Shown here: positions 26,855-39,558 of the stretch, one piece after another | Position numbering within the stretch: position 1 is the stretch's first letter | Layout of the letters: each line of letters opens with the position of its first letter | Source: Botryllus schlosseri | Taxonomy: Eukaryota | Reading direction: 5' to 3' | Assembly (NCBI GenBank): GCA_051294905.1 | Contig: CM119372.1 | Span: 17,920,001-17,984,000 of the forward strand | Length of the DNA stretch: 64,000 nucleotides | Translations under genes and position numbers: made by a program | Notes under the pieces: generated by a model | What the model was told of the DNA's origin: nothing | Seen by the model: the letters and a program-made list of their open reading frames with translations, nothing else | The model's database searches: none

Positions 26855-28180
26855 CAGGGGTCGGGAACCCATGGCTCGCGAGCCATATATGACTCGTTTG
26901 ATGATATAGTATGGCTCTTTGATAAATTCCTAATTTGCCACAATCTTATTTATCAATATTGCTGAATCTCTTTGTAAATTTTCATATCGACTGGATTTAT
27001 TATGCTTGTGGTAGTTGAGACAATGTCTTTGTAGGGTTAAAACGTGGCATTTCCATTGCATTTTACGAGCTCGGAATCTTCCTTTTCAAAATCTGAAATT
27101 TTATTTCGGTTGGTAATCGCTCATTTACCAGTCAATTACGCTATCATGGATTTTTTGGGATAGGCATCAGACAAATCCAATCCGTCGAGCTGACCACAAA
27201 AATCGTATAGTTGCTGAAACAAAGACGACACCGCACATGTAGCCGAACCATGCAATATAATAATTAGCTGTACGCAACATCGTACGACTTGAAATCTTGA
27301 ATCACGCGATGTGTTGATTAATCAGAGAGTAAAGCGAACTGTGCGACGCCTTTATGACAATGCAGTTTTCAAACCAAAATTCTCTTCCTGGTAATTGACG
27401 AGAAATGGACTCCTTTGGAAGTGACATTCCTAATTACAAATTCCACTTACAAATATAGTCATCCAAAATCCCGATTGTTCGGTAGCTTGCTCGCAACGCC
27501 GTTAAATGTAGGCTAATAACGCAACGTCATGTTACCGCCGAAAAATTTGAGAATTGAATGGTCACGTTTACCAAATGATATCGGTTAACGGTGGTCCCCA
27601 CCGCTGAATTGATTTCACGACTTGGAGTAACTAATTAAACAGCACGTCACTACCAGTAGAGCAATTGAAGTATGGCTACCCTCGCGAGTGCTGGACTGAT
27701 TCCCTTGAAAGCCGTGTTACTGAATAATATGCAGTTAATTCGCTCGTTTACTGTTGTCTACGATTGTTGGTTTTGCTTCTAAAATGCACATCTTAATTTC
27801 CTCAAGTTTTAAAAAATCTATTAATTATGGCTGTAACGGAAAGAAAATTATAAATATGTAGCTTGCAAAAGGTTCCCGAATCCCTTAGCCAGGCTAAAGT
27901 GTCACATGCTCAACAGTCGTTTCTCACTGTGTCGGATGCTCAAATGTTACGCATCCGGCTTGATTCGTGGGTCCGTTCCGTTGTAACATCACATTAGTGT
28001 TTACTCAGAAAATACGGCGCACACGAGGAACTCCATGTATAGCTAACTTTGAAAATCAGTGACGTCACGTATCTGCGATTATGACGTAATAGTTGAAATC
28101 GATGTATGGCCCTTTGGAAATTACAATTGAAAATTAAGGGTCAATATGGCTATTTTCATGAAAAAGGTTCCCGACCCCTG
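26855..28180. mobile_element. Non-autonomous hAT element (1326 bp)
   Basis: Perfect 15-bp TIR CAGGGGTCGGGAACC / GGTTCCCGACCCCTG; TSD GTGTAAGC/GTGTAAGT; ATGGCTC/GAGCCAT subterminal motifs shared with 41875-42762. Confidence 0.88.
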
Positions 28181-31100
28181 GTGTAAGTGGAGTCTTATAA
28201 AAGCGTAGAAGTGGGCCGTACTACCTGTCGGCAGCTACGGAATAAATTAGCATGGTGTAAATGACTATAGTAGTCGACAAACACTATGAATACCTCAAAA
28301 CAAGCAATAGTAGCACTTTTCTCTTTATCTTTTCCATACATTCAGTCACCGCGTGATAGAGCTAGAGGTCAGGTGTGATATGTGTGTTCTTAGAAAAAGT
28401 TGGTATGATTTTACATTCCTTTTCATCCAGTCCCCCTAATCATAAAATGCATTTTGGTGTGAAGACGAACATTTATATAATACTAAAAAAAGACATTTCT
28501 CAACGTAAATTCGCTCTACCGCCATAGTCAGGAGATATCGAGTGGTTCAATGATGCTTCACCTATACTTGAATATCGTGAGTAAATGCTACGTGACTATA
28601 TCTCATCGGATCTATGTTGTGGATTTACCATTTTCCGTAAGTTCTTCTGATGTTATTTGAGAATGTTTGCCCATATTATGATTAATCTACATGTATTCGT
28701 CCGTCAAATCTGTGTTCTTTTTTGCTACACCTACATGACCTTAAAGTGATATTGTCTGCATTTTTTCACAACAATTTGCAATAATGGGCCATGCGTAAAG
28801 TTTCAAAACGAGGGCAGACGTATGTGACGCTCCTGTAATCACCCCTAGGTTACCTGGCGCCTAAAATGAAATAGTGCTTTCCGCACACTGTCTTACGTGT
28901 ATGAATATAACCATGACCGATGATTAAATGTAGATGTGTCAATGTAAATGTAGCTTCGATGTAGGCCCAGGCCTAGACATTTGGTCTATTTTCTTTATCG
29001 GATACCGTCTCGAATAATTTCTATAGTATAAGTGCGCGTCGCACAAGTTATATATGGGGCATATTATGGCAAGGGTATGTTACTTGGATACTAGCGCACA
29101 ATGCTCAATTACCTGTCGGTAGTTCTTAGATATATTCAAGTACATTGATACTTGATAGTGTTATAGTATTGAAATCCACAGCTTTTGGTTAATACAGCTC
29201 CTAGATAATTTTACAATAGGTTATACTAAAAAATTATGAGCAAGTATATGATAGACACCATAAGATATAATTGCACAATTACGCAATTAGTCGCTGCTTT
29301 GAAATCTGAGAACGCGTCCTAATCTTTTATTATACGCATTATGCGTATGTGCTAATGCTATCCCACTCGGTGTATAAAATCACAAAATTTGAATCCAAAT
29401 ATCGTTATATTTAAATGCTGTATTTGCGAACGATCCATAATTATAAAAATGTGCTACATTCTCCAGGCATGTGAAATGCAGACGTTTTACAAAGGGTGCT
29501 ATACACGGGTGCATGAAACATGAGCATGAGCATTGAGCATGGATGATGGAAATGGATGTGTCTGACGTGTGTCTGATGACATCGGAGACTCTTCAGTAAT
29601 GTATGACTGTTGGGAGCAACGCTTCAGTGATATGATGTAATGGTATATAATAGGTATGACACATTGACTTCAAGCGTTCGAATACTACAAAACGGAATAA
29701 TAGTGAATAAAGGTAACTTTGTCTAACTCGAGGATAATTGCTCTATTGTAACCAGCCTATACACATGGGCCAACAATGCGATCTTCTACGACCTTGGTGG
29801 AAGACAATCATTTATGACACGGAATAAAGAGACTTGAGGTGTTGCTATGATAACTGAAGAGCGATATGATATGAACATAAATCGTACATACAATTCGCTA
29901 ATAATGAGGTTTATGGAACTCAACGGAATACTATACCATAAATTCATACCTATTTTCCTCGCATAATGGACTAGCACTCATCAGCACTGGAAGTTAATGA
30001 CCCTGCGAGTTAAACACCAGAGTCCACATTTGGAAAAAGCATAACGGGCAGTGAAACGTAGGGCAGCCCCCGAAAGTTTTATGTGTTTTTTTTGGTATCG
30101 ATGGTTTATCATATTCAAGAAATATAAATGCATATTAAAAATATAACGTCAGTACTGGCCGGTATGGAATTTTATCGCTTCTCTTCACGCAGGCAAAATC
30201 ACGATCAAGCAACATGATCATTGATCAGACATGCGCGTTAAAAAAATTATTTTTCGTTTGTGACGGGTAGGGATATAAAGCTTTCCTTCCTCTCCGAGAG
30301 AATATAACGTAAAATCCGTATTTTTATACTTACAAAGTGCGATTTGCACAGTAAACATTTCAACAGTCTGCACCTGCAAGATAAGTTTCACTTTTCACAC
30401 TACTACAGCTACGACAAAATCGAATTCTGATCATGTCCTGCCTGTACGGAGGACATTGACGACGAGTTCCAAGTATTTCCAACAACATCTTTACACTACA
30501 CAATTGTTTTCTTATGTCATGAACTATATTCGGGACGAAGAGAAGGTTGAAGTAGACGTTGATTGGACCCGGGCACACGTTGGTGATTGGGTGTAAAAAC
30601 CGGAGTTATCCGTCAAGTCGTTTGTCAAGATTTAACTCAATTAATGGCATTGATGGCTCACTGTTTCTCTCAGTGGGTGTGAAACATGCTTAAAACGGCA
30701 TGGATATAGTTCAAGGTATAGTGGGAAAACTGCAGATATCCATAACGCAAAATTTCACCCAGTTGAAACCGCTCTTATCGACAGACCACGTACAGATGTG
30801 ACTGCATGTAAGATGCATATGCGTAATACGTTACCCTACCAGGTAATACGCCGTATAGGGCTCATACAATGTTGGTAGTGGCTACTATTGCTCGTAGATA
30901 AAGTTAACCATACGTTTCTCACCTCTGTCCTTGGATGAATATCTCCAGGCGGAAACTGACGCCGGTGACTTCGCAAAAGAGCTTTCGCATTATGACGAAT
31001 CTTGTCGTTGCAAAGCTTACTTTCACAGATGGGTGATAATTTCGAATCTGTTTCTTGCAGGACTTTTTTGGCGGTAACTGTGAGCAGTATGTGCTCTGGG

Positions 31101-31414
31101 ACTTCGTCGTCACTGTAATCTATGAAATGATCTTGCCTGAAACGGGAATAATTTACCGAACACATCTCGAGGCCCGTATTCAATATCCACATTCCAATAC
31201 CGTACCTTAGAAGCAAGTCGTTGCATTTCGTGCAAAGGCGATACTGAAATTGAAAATGGAGATGTAGTTCAATGAACTTACTGCGAGGTATATTAGCACC
31301 ATACGAACGAAGTATAAGTTGGATAACCTAAAATGAATATATTTTTGTAGCTCAATGTTCAGCCTGCTGTCATCAGCGATTGCGATGATTGTAAAGACGA
31401 GTTATATTTTAGAG

Positions 31415-31921
31415 CAGGGGCGGGCAACCTCTCCGGTCGGCGGGCCGGATATGGGTAAATGTAGTACTTGGCGGGCCGGATTACAGAATATATACATTAA
31501 TCGTGTATTTATCCACTTATACAAGGAAAAAATCGTATTTAATGTAAACTTAAAGTTTAAAGCATAGAGACCAAAAACAGTATTTAATGAATTTATTAAC
31601 AGTAGCTGTTGAAGTTAATCAGACATCTGTGGTCGGTCAAAGTCGTCAAAAAGTTCTTTGAACTCTAGCTGCATGTCGTATGTAGCAACCCTTAGTAAAG
31701 ACTGCACGTGAACATCTGTTATATTGGAAACCACTCTTGTCTCGTTAATTTTCATGGTCGAAAATGTATGTAGACCCGAACAGGGCAAGTAGTTTCATTT
31801 CCATCCTTCTCAGGTTGGCAAACCTGGATTCATTCTGTGACGCATAAAATTTGTCACTTTCAGAATAGAATTTCACTTTCAGGGTAGAAACTGTCTGCGG
31901 GCCGTATGTTGCCAGTCCCCG
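31415..31921 (-). mobile_element. Deleted Buster/Charlie-type hAT element with a transposase C-terminal pseudogene (~31615-31887)
   Basis: Ends CAGGGGCGGGCAAC...GTTGCCAGTCCCCG. Minus-strand translation KFYASQNESRFANLRRMEMKLLALFGSTYI/FSTMKINETRVVSNITDVHVQSLLRVAT...PQMSD* matches the LFGSTY(LCE)..FS.MK..K...RS.LTD.H....LR.AT motif, with a frameshifting deletion. Confidence 0.85.
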
Positions 31922-32832
31922 TTTTTAGGGGCTAAATCCGCTATTTGCATTCAATTGATATACTTCAAATATGCGTAGGTCAATATATTAACGTTCAAAT
32001 TTAGCTCTGAAGCCTCTCGTCGCATGTAAGCTTTACGGATCATCATCGCTCGCTCTTTAAAAATACCCCAAGACTGATTCATTATCAGAACATATGCAAG
32101 ATTCGAAACTACTCTTGAAGTATATTCATCACCTCACTTGTCATAGTATCGCACTCGCGTGATGTTATATAGATGATTAAATCGACAGATAAATGATATT
32201 AATTGCAAAAAAAAATTGCTCTTTGCGCTTTTACGGTAACTGTTCCCCTCTTGAGACTTCCGATGGGTATTTTGTGTGCGTTATAATTATACAAACGCAC
32301 GATGGCAGCCACCAAACTTGAACTTGCGGGTTTCTACACTTGGTTTACTTTCAAAGTAAATCGATATCCCTGCGACAGATTCAGCCCGGGTTCATGTGTT
32401 CATTCACAACTAGCGAAACGGTAACCTTCTCTATTCCTTGCCACTTGCATTTATTAGTTCTTGTATCCATTTCGTATTTAAATTACCCGATACACAATAT
32501 AAGATTATATCGATGGTCAGTCAACCGTAACGGAATAAGCCGACGTTTAGCTATCTACCGCTATGAGTAAACAAACGGATCGACGAATAAGTCGTCACCG
32601 GCGCGACCTCTGAGTATAATCCAACGATGTAATATCTTAACTCACTCGAAATACGACGTGGGTCTTCAAGTCGTGTATCATGCAGTTTTGCGATTTTCTG
32701 CATGCCGAATTTGACGAGCAAAATGCCTGCGAAAAGCGCTGCAGCAGACTTTTCTCGTTATGAATTTTCAAACTGAGAAATTATAGGCATTTGTCATTTC
32801 TACCGATCAAAACCAAGGTGCCTTGCATTGCC

Positions 32833-33120
32833 TTACAAGGAATAACAATATGTCACACCGTCTTTATCCGATGTAATCGGCACGTCGTCGTCCTCAGCAT
32901 CGATATTGGAAGCAATCCTGCGGTCGAGGTATATGTCGGGAGCTTTGGCGCTCTCATCCCTCTCTGAGTATTCCAACTTTGAATACGGAATACTGTTCAC
33001 ATTCAACGCCGATTTCCGTGCTGCATATTCAACAGCTAGTTCTTTATCATCCGTTTCACCGCTGTGCAAGCCACACACTTCGTCGTAAGAAGGAGGAGAA
33101 TCGCGGATTGACCTAGCCAT
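32833..33120 (-). CDS. Hypothetical 95-aa acidic protein or exon with an N-terminal PPSY (PPxY) motif
   Basis: MARSIRDSPPSYDEV...IPYSKLEY... has protein-like composition. TTAG immediately precedes GC-ATG, and a GTAAG donor-like site overlaps the stop codon. No further exons were identified. Confidence 0.35.
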   Translation of the reverse strand: MARSIRDSPPSYDEVCGLHSGETDDKELAVEYAARKSALNVNSIPYSKLEYSERDESAKAPDIYLDRRIASNIDAEDDDVPITSDKDGVTYCYSL

Positions 33121-35580
33121 GCCTAATTCAATAATGCGTATAGGCCTACTTGATATCGCAAATAATTTGAGGTTATTGTCCGTGAGAGATTATCGCTCGA
33201 TTCACCTGAGCTAGTTACGCTCGGCATTTATATTTGAACAATATACTTCCGCTTCCGTACCCGGGGATCAATTTCGAAAAGTAACCTGGTTTATTTAGAG
33301 CTCTCTACGATATAATATAGTAATCATGTTTTAGTTTAAATCCAAGAAAGTATTTATCGAGCCTTCTATTCTGTACCCACGCAGTTGCTCTCTCTCAGCT
33401 CGAATCGATTATGCGGTCAAGTGCTGTTAGCGTGAGAGGTATTCAACCATATTACGTAGGCCTAAGCCCATCGCTATGGGAACTATTTAGCTTCGATGAG
33501 ATAGGAAATCGAAGATCTGAGCTTGATATCACGTTAAAAGGCTCAGGCCTATCGTTTTCACGAGCGCAAAGCGTAGAATTACAGCACAAACTAAATTCGC
33601 TGTTCGGCTAGGCCTACTCGAAATCCCGCATTACGGATTCGATCATTGTGCAATGTTAATTCGACTGTTGTGCTGTGCAGACGAGAACAGCGTTTGGTCT
33701 TTTCAATTTGGAGATAAAACATAGTTCATGGATATCGCGACAGTAGGATTGTCCGAAAAACCATGCTATACCCGCCGCTAACATGTGAATTTTAATGAAC
33801 TGGTTAGGTACGAATGGATTTATTACAAGCTTGCAACCCATATAAATAATGAACAAAGCTGATTCGAGAGTGATGCATCACTTATGATGAACCCTGGAAC
33901 AGAAATCGAGATAAATTTGACTATGTTGTCACCTATGTACCCCATAAAACAGCGGCTCTAAACTTCGTACTTTGGAGTTTCGTGGTTGTCTGACCCCGTT
34001 GCTTTCTTCTCGTTGCAAAACAGTACAAATACCACAACTTTTATTCTCCTACTTCAGGAAAATAAAAAACATCCGACTCAATCTCATTGATATATTGATT
34101 AGGTGCTCGTATACCGCGAAAGCATTGCGTTGCAATGTGCGGAAACGACTGAGCGCTGCTTGCCATCCGCTTCGAGATAATTTCCGATGTACGTGTTTTC
34201 TCATGCAGCACAGCTATTGCGGCTCACGTTCACATGGAGCTGGTTTCAAAGACGCGAAATAACGCATACCAGCAATTTGACTGGGTTGATTACGACCCAA
34301 AGATCATAATTATCTTGGCCCCAACTGCATTCCCGACTCGACGATAGCTAGCCAGCTATATCGTCTTCTGCGAATTTACTTATGGTATCGTTTCTTCTTC
34401 GTTGCAAATCTGTAAACGTATAAAAATTGCGGAGAATGTGATTTGGGACTTGGCGATGTTAAACGTTCCTGCTCCATAATTATTGGCACTTTTGTCGGCT
34501 TAGCACACAGAAATACTAAGTGTTGTATAGTCGTGTTGCAGCACCTAACATTGACGTATGGGTACGAAATTAGTATAGTGCAGCGGTTCACAACCGTTTT
34601 AGCTTGGTGACTATAGTCGAATTTCATAACAACCTTTGCGGATCGGGGAACCTTCAAAATCTAGAATGAACCAAAATGCTACGACATTTGTTTTCGACAA
34701 ATGTATGCAGCTCAAAAGCAAATATCATGAATTTCAATCAGTAAGAAATTTGTTGCTGCGTTTTAAATGTGAGACATGTTAAACGTGGTTTTATTGACGT
34801 TTCTACAAGGCGAAATCCTGGTAAAAACCACTAACTTTATTTTAATTTTCCGGGGCCTTTTGAAGGAATTGGGACTCTGCTGTTTGCTAACCTCTATTAT
34901 GTTGCAAAATTGTCCCGTGCTGTCGTAATTTAACGAATTTTACATAGTATTTTCAACTTTCCCGTACAACAGGTCTTGAGCGAGTTGTAGGCTGCTTTTA
35001 AACAGTTCGGTACAACACTTACAGCATTATGACATAGTCAAGTCTAAAGTATAGCCTATTTCACACGAAAACAGAACCGAGCTCAGAATTATATATTCAC
35101 ACCCGCATATCAGGGGAGTTACACGGGTGGAGTAAAAACTCTTTTCGCTAAGAGGGCCTGTATATTCAATAATATATTTTATTATTTTGATATATTATTT
35201 ATTTATAATATATATTTCATTATATTACGGATCATAGGGTTTCATATTCTAGCAACAGCTATGTTCGCAAACAACTGAATTTACAAAATTACCACGATTA
35301 GCCAGTTGAGTACAGTTATAAACCACTAAAAAAGTGGCTCCGAAGACGATATAAATAAGTTGACACATTTCAACGCTGTCTTTGTTTTAGTCGTAATCTG
35401 CCGTTATCCTTGCCTATATGCACTGTGAGGACTACAAGATGAATACAACGGTAAATGCGGACGCTGGAAATTGGTTCATTATTACTAATGAAATCGCAAT
35501 ATGGATTTCTCTGAAGGCCGGGGATATTGTGGGTCATAAAGGATGGAGCAGTGTGTCCACAATTCCACATATATTTGGAT

Positions 35581-35900
35581 CAGTGGTTCTCGACCTTTTT
35601 TTAGACACGCCCTCCTTAATGATAGTGAAAAATTTCGCGCCCCCCCCTTATCGTCATATCACTAAATCCAACCGGGATGCTAGCAACTCCAACAGATTGT
35701 TTGATGGCATGGAAGGTTATGATGTTGATGAGAGAATTTCAAAATATGAAATTGGGTCTATATATAGAGAAACGCGCGTGAATTGGAGGTAAATCGCGCA
35801 GAGGGCGAAACATTTTTTCAGTTGACAGCTTCTTCGCGCCCCCCTTTAGATGCTTTCACGCCACCCTAGGGGGGCGCGCCCCCCAGGTTGAGAACCACTG
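35581..35900. mobile_element. hAT MITE (320 bp)
   Basis: TIR CAGTGGTTCTCGACCT / AGGTTGAGAACCACTG; exact TSD ATTTGGAT; CGCGCCCCCC subterminal motifs. Confidence 0.9.
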
Positions 35901-36547
35901 ATTTGGATTATATATTTTTGTGTAACTTTGTTATCCATATAACCTGGATCTACAGATTTCTTATTGGCGGTGTAGACTTGCCACCGACCTGTCCGTACTG
36001 GTGACTAGAATGAAACCACAACAACACCGCTGTCGTGTGACCTATGAATATGGTCAAGATTTGCTGTCTAAGGGGGATCATTTAATGACAATATATATCC
36101 CAATAAATCTCAACATTTGTTACATATGTGTTGAATAATACCATACTCAGAATTGCGTCGCGGGTAGGTTGAAATAGTCTGGCGGTCTGAATGCGGCCCG
36201 CGGGCTGTATGTTTGATACCCCAGGTCCAAGGCACATCATATAAAGCTGTTATTTTTGCTTGATACCAGTAAAAAATCCATTGCGCAAACTAATTTTAAT
36301 TGTCTGTACGCCAATAGCCATTAACCGACGAAATAGAGTAATGGTTGGAGCGTGATATACTGCTCTTAATCGTGCTTTCGATCCCGATCGGGTCTGAAAA
36401 ATGACTAGAATCCGCTTCATCACTAGGTTCTCAGCAATCCGGGATAGCGCGGAGTGGAAATAGAGGAACGCTGACACGATAACCTATAACACGGCTGTAC
36501 TTCGCATCTCCATCGTCAAAGCAACTCCATCAACGGGTAAGTATATG

Positions 36548-37527
36548 CAGAGGTGGTCAAAGTAATCGAGAAAGCTAATCAAGTAGTATAATTAGCGACG
36601 GAAAATCTACTCAAGTATGAGTAGAACTAGTACTTTTAAAAGTAACCGAAAATATCATGCCATGGCGCCCTCCCCCATATTTTATGGGCCGTAGTTTAGT
36701 CGAAGAGCAATACGGGGAAGTTTTATCGGATACGCTGTTAACATTTTGCGCGATTAGTATACGTTGATAAAAAATATGGCGTATCGGAAAAATGTCGCAC
36801 AGTATACCTTATTTTCGAAAAATAGAGGCAATACAGCACATGCTTTTATACTTCCTCAACATATATGTTCTCCGGACAAAAGAACTGAAACTAATTAGAA
36901 CTCAAAGTGTGATACTGGGAATTTAGAGAGAAATTCAAATACTACTCCTAAAAATCGGAAAATATATGTCATGTCTTTTGTCCAGAAAGTTTCAACTTTT
37001 GTCTGTTAAAACAGGTCTAACGCTCAATTAAGTCAGAGTCCACTTTTCCAGATTAAGACACGTCATGGGCTGCTAGATTACGCTATGATAGCTAATTGCC
37101 AGTTTGCAAAATTGTAGTTTCAAACGGTTTGACGGGCCATATTTACTATGATTTCATATGGGCGAAAATGCGATGTAAACGGAACCGGCCACCTAAATTA
37201 TATTCACCGATACTTTCGTGAAAACATATGCCACTCCATATCTACGGTATGCGAAGCGCGACGAAAGATCTAGGCTTTCGTTAACATTTTTGAAAAATTC
37301 AACGTCGGTACTCTGTGAAAACAAACTCGAGAGTCCTCACGCTATCTTTCTGATTAAACCACTTCTACTTGACACTCTGAAAATAGCGAAAAGTAAGTGA
37401 GTAGATCGCAAAATATTACGATGTAGAAATACCCGAAATTTGATTTACTTGAGTAAGTACCGGAAGTAGCGGAAAACTACTTGAGTACTTCGAACAAGTA
37501 GAATTACTTCGTTACTGACCACCTCTG
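36548..37527. mobile_element. Long copy (980 bp) of the CAGAGGTGGTCA MITE family
   Basis: Perfect 12-bp TIR CAGAGGTGGTCA / TGACCACCTCTG; degenerate 8-bp flanks AGTATATG/GGTATAGG. Confidence 0.75.
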
Positions 37528-38864
37528 GGTATAGGCCTATTGACGCGAACATACTTCTGTTTAGAGATGTTTTGTTGGAGTAGTAGAGGTAGAAGAGGAA
37601 AAATTGGAATAGAAAGGAAGACCAGGGTAACTTCGCAATGTTTGCGATACTCTTTGGATTTGAAGCCGTCAAACTCAGGAAATTTGTGATTATTACAGTC
37701 GCTTGACAAAGAACTCCCTATTTTCTTTGAAACCTGTCCACTGAATTCATTTTATCCTGTGATGGACAAAAGAACTTCAAGATGAACTTCAAGATGAGCT
37801 GCTGGTAGGAATGACTTGGCCGCACGTGATGTGCTCATTGAAAAATCTGTTTCAAAATTTTTGTGCTTAATGTTGCTGTTAAGCCAACAGGTGTCGTCGG
37901 AAGCATTAGGTATTATTTATCAACTCACCCAACCTAATATAATCAAGTGAATCCGCTTTGAAACAATATTAAATTGTATTGCTTTTGGCGGACTAACGTA
38001 TGTCTCACCAAAATTATTCAAACAATAATTCTTCGCACATAGCGCGATCTCTTCGGTTTTGGGTAGTAGCCAGAGACGTGCGAGGAGGTTCTTGATAGAA
38101 GAGTAAACCAAGTTCTCATGTATAATGCACTTTATACCACGCAACTGTTCATCGTCGACTTTGGATACTTTGCATACCCGTGAGCCGTGATGATCAGTGA
38201 TGAATTAGAATTAGCCTATGCGTGTCAATCACGTTTAAATATATAAAATTCTAATATATTCTAGGTCATCTATTATAAACTGGCTCGCCGCCGTTGGTCT
38301 CGAATTTTCAGGCTATTGCTGAACAATTCCACAATGCACATGCACAATGCCTTATTTGAGATCTTTTGGAAATAACTTAAGAGAAGATATCGTGGGCATT
38401 CGGGCAGGGGCGCCGAAAGAGTTTGGATAGTTTAAATTAAAGAAAGTGAAATCAATCGCCTTAATGGCGATGGTTAACAGAAAATTGAACGATGATGATG
38501 GTAACCCAACTGATGAGAAGATTTTAAAACAGCGGTAGAGGACAATTGCAAACCTGACTTGACTTGGGAATAGTGCAAGTACATTGAGACAACAACGCGT
38601 TTCATATCCAAAAGCGAACATATTTCACAATATAGTTACACATGATTTATTTTTCGCATTATAGTATAGTTCCATATTGGAATATAGTGAACAAAAGGCA
38701 CTATCCAACGTCGGATGTCACGCGATATTGATAGCGCATTGTTTCACATTCACTGCACCGTGAATCTAAGATTCTATGTGCTGTGGGGCTCTAACAGGGA
38801 TATCTAGATATCCCTGGATTTAGATTACATTCAATCTCTGTGGTACATTTTTCATGAGGCTATG

Positions 38865-39189
38865 TAGGGGTACCATATTTTGGAGATCTGAAAAGAGGAG
38901 ACTTTTCAAAATTTCCTGACTTGCAATATAGGAGAAACATCCTGAGAAATGGTAAATTTTTCCCGCTTCGTGGTCGGTTGACAAAAATAAGGGTCAGCTT
39001 TACGGCTCAGCTCCCGAAATAACCGCCGGAACGTTACTTCAGTGCTGATTTACTGTATCTCATTCGGATTTTGTTCTTTATTTGACCAAAATTCTCGAAA
39101 AAGAGGACTAAATCTCAAAAAAGAGGACACTTTCAAAAAAGTCAAAAAAGAGGACAAATCCTCTTAAAAGAGGACGTATGGTAACCCTA
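38865..39189. mobile_element. MITE, TAGGGTTACCA family
   Basis: TAGGGGTACCATA...TATGGTAACCCTA ends and AAAGAGGAC repeats. The internal CTCCCGAAATAACCGCCGGA block is shared with ~25290-25499 and 45847-46045; another end fragment lies at ~10885-10944. Confidence 0.75.
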
Positions 39190-39520
39190 GTATTGTCTCA
39201 CTGCGCTGTTGTTGTTGTTTTTATTAACGCATATAATTGGCGCTTGCAACTCGTGGTTATTTGCGCCCACACAGTAAATTTCCTAATCGCATAATGGCAC
39301 GTCTTCATGAACTTCAATCTTTTTTTCGGCTCATTTGCTGCCTCCTTTCACGAGTTCGGCTCTCTCTTCGTCTGGGCTTTTCAATGCGCTGTAGTACAGC
39401 GGGATCGGCGATGAGGAGCCCAGATAAACCTCCGACACATAGAAACATGGCAGAGCCGAGACTCGAACCATCAACCATCGATGTCAACTGCGCCACTCGC
39501 TTCCCCTCACTGCGCTGTAC

Positions 39521-39558
39521 GTACGCTGCCGTACGCTGCCGTACGCTGCCGTACGCTG
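39521..39558. repeat. 10-bp minisatellite (GTACGCTGCC) x ~3.8
   Basis: Directly visible tandem units. Confidence 0.9.

Noticed and set aside
26432..35792. Similar peptides NPNRLFDGVEGYD / NSNRLFDGMEGYD at 26432 and 35418
   Set aside because: Both fall inside copies of the same MITE; not a gene family.
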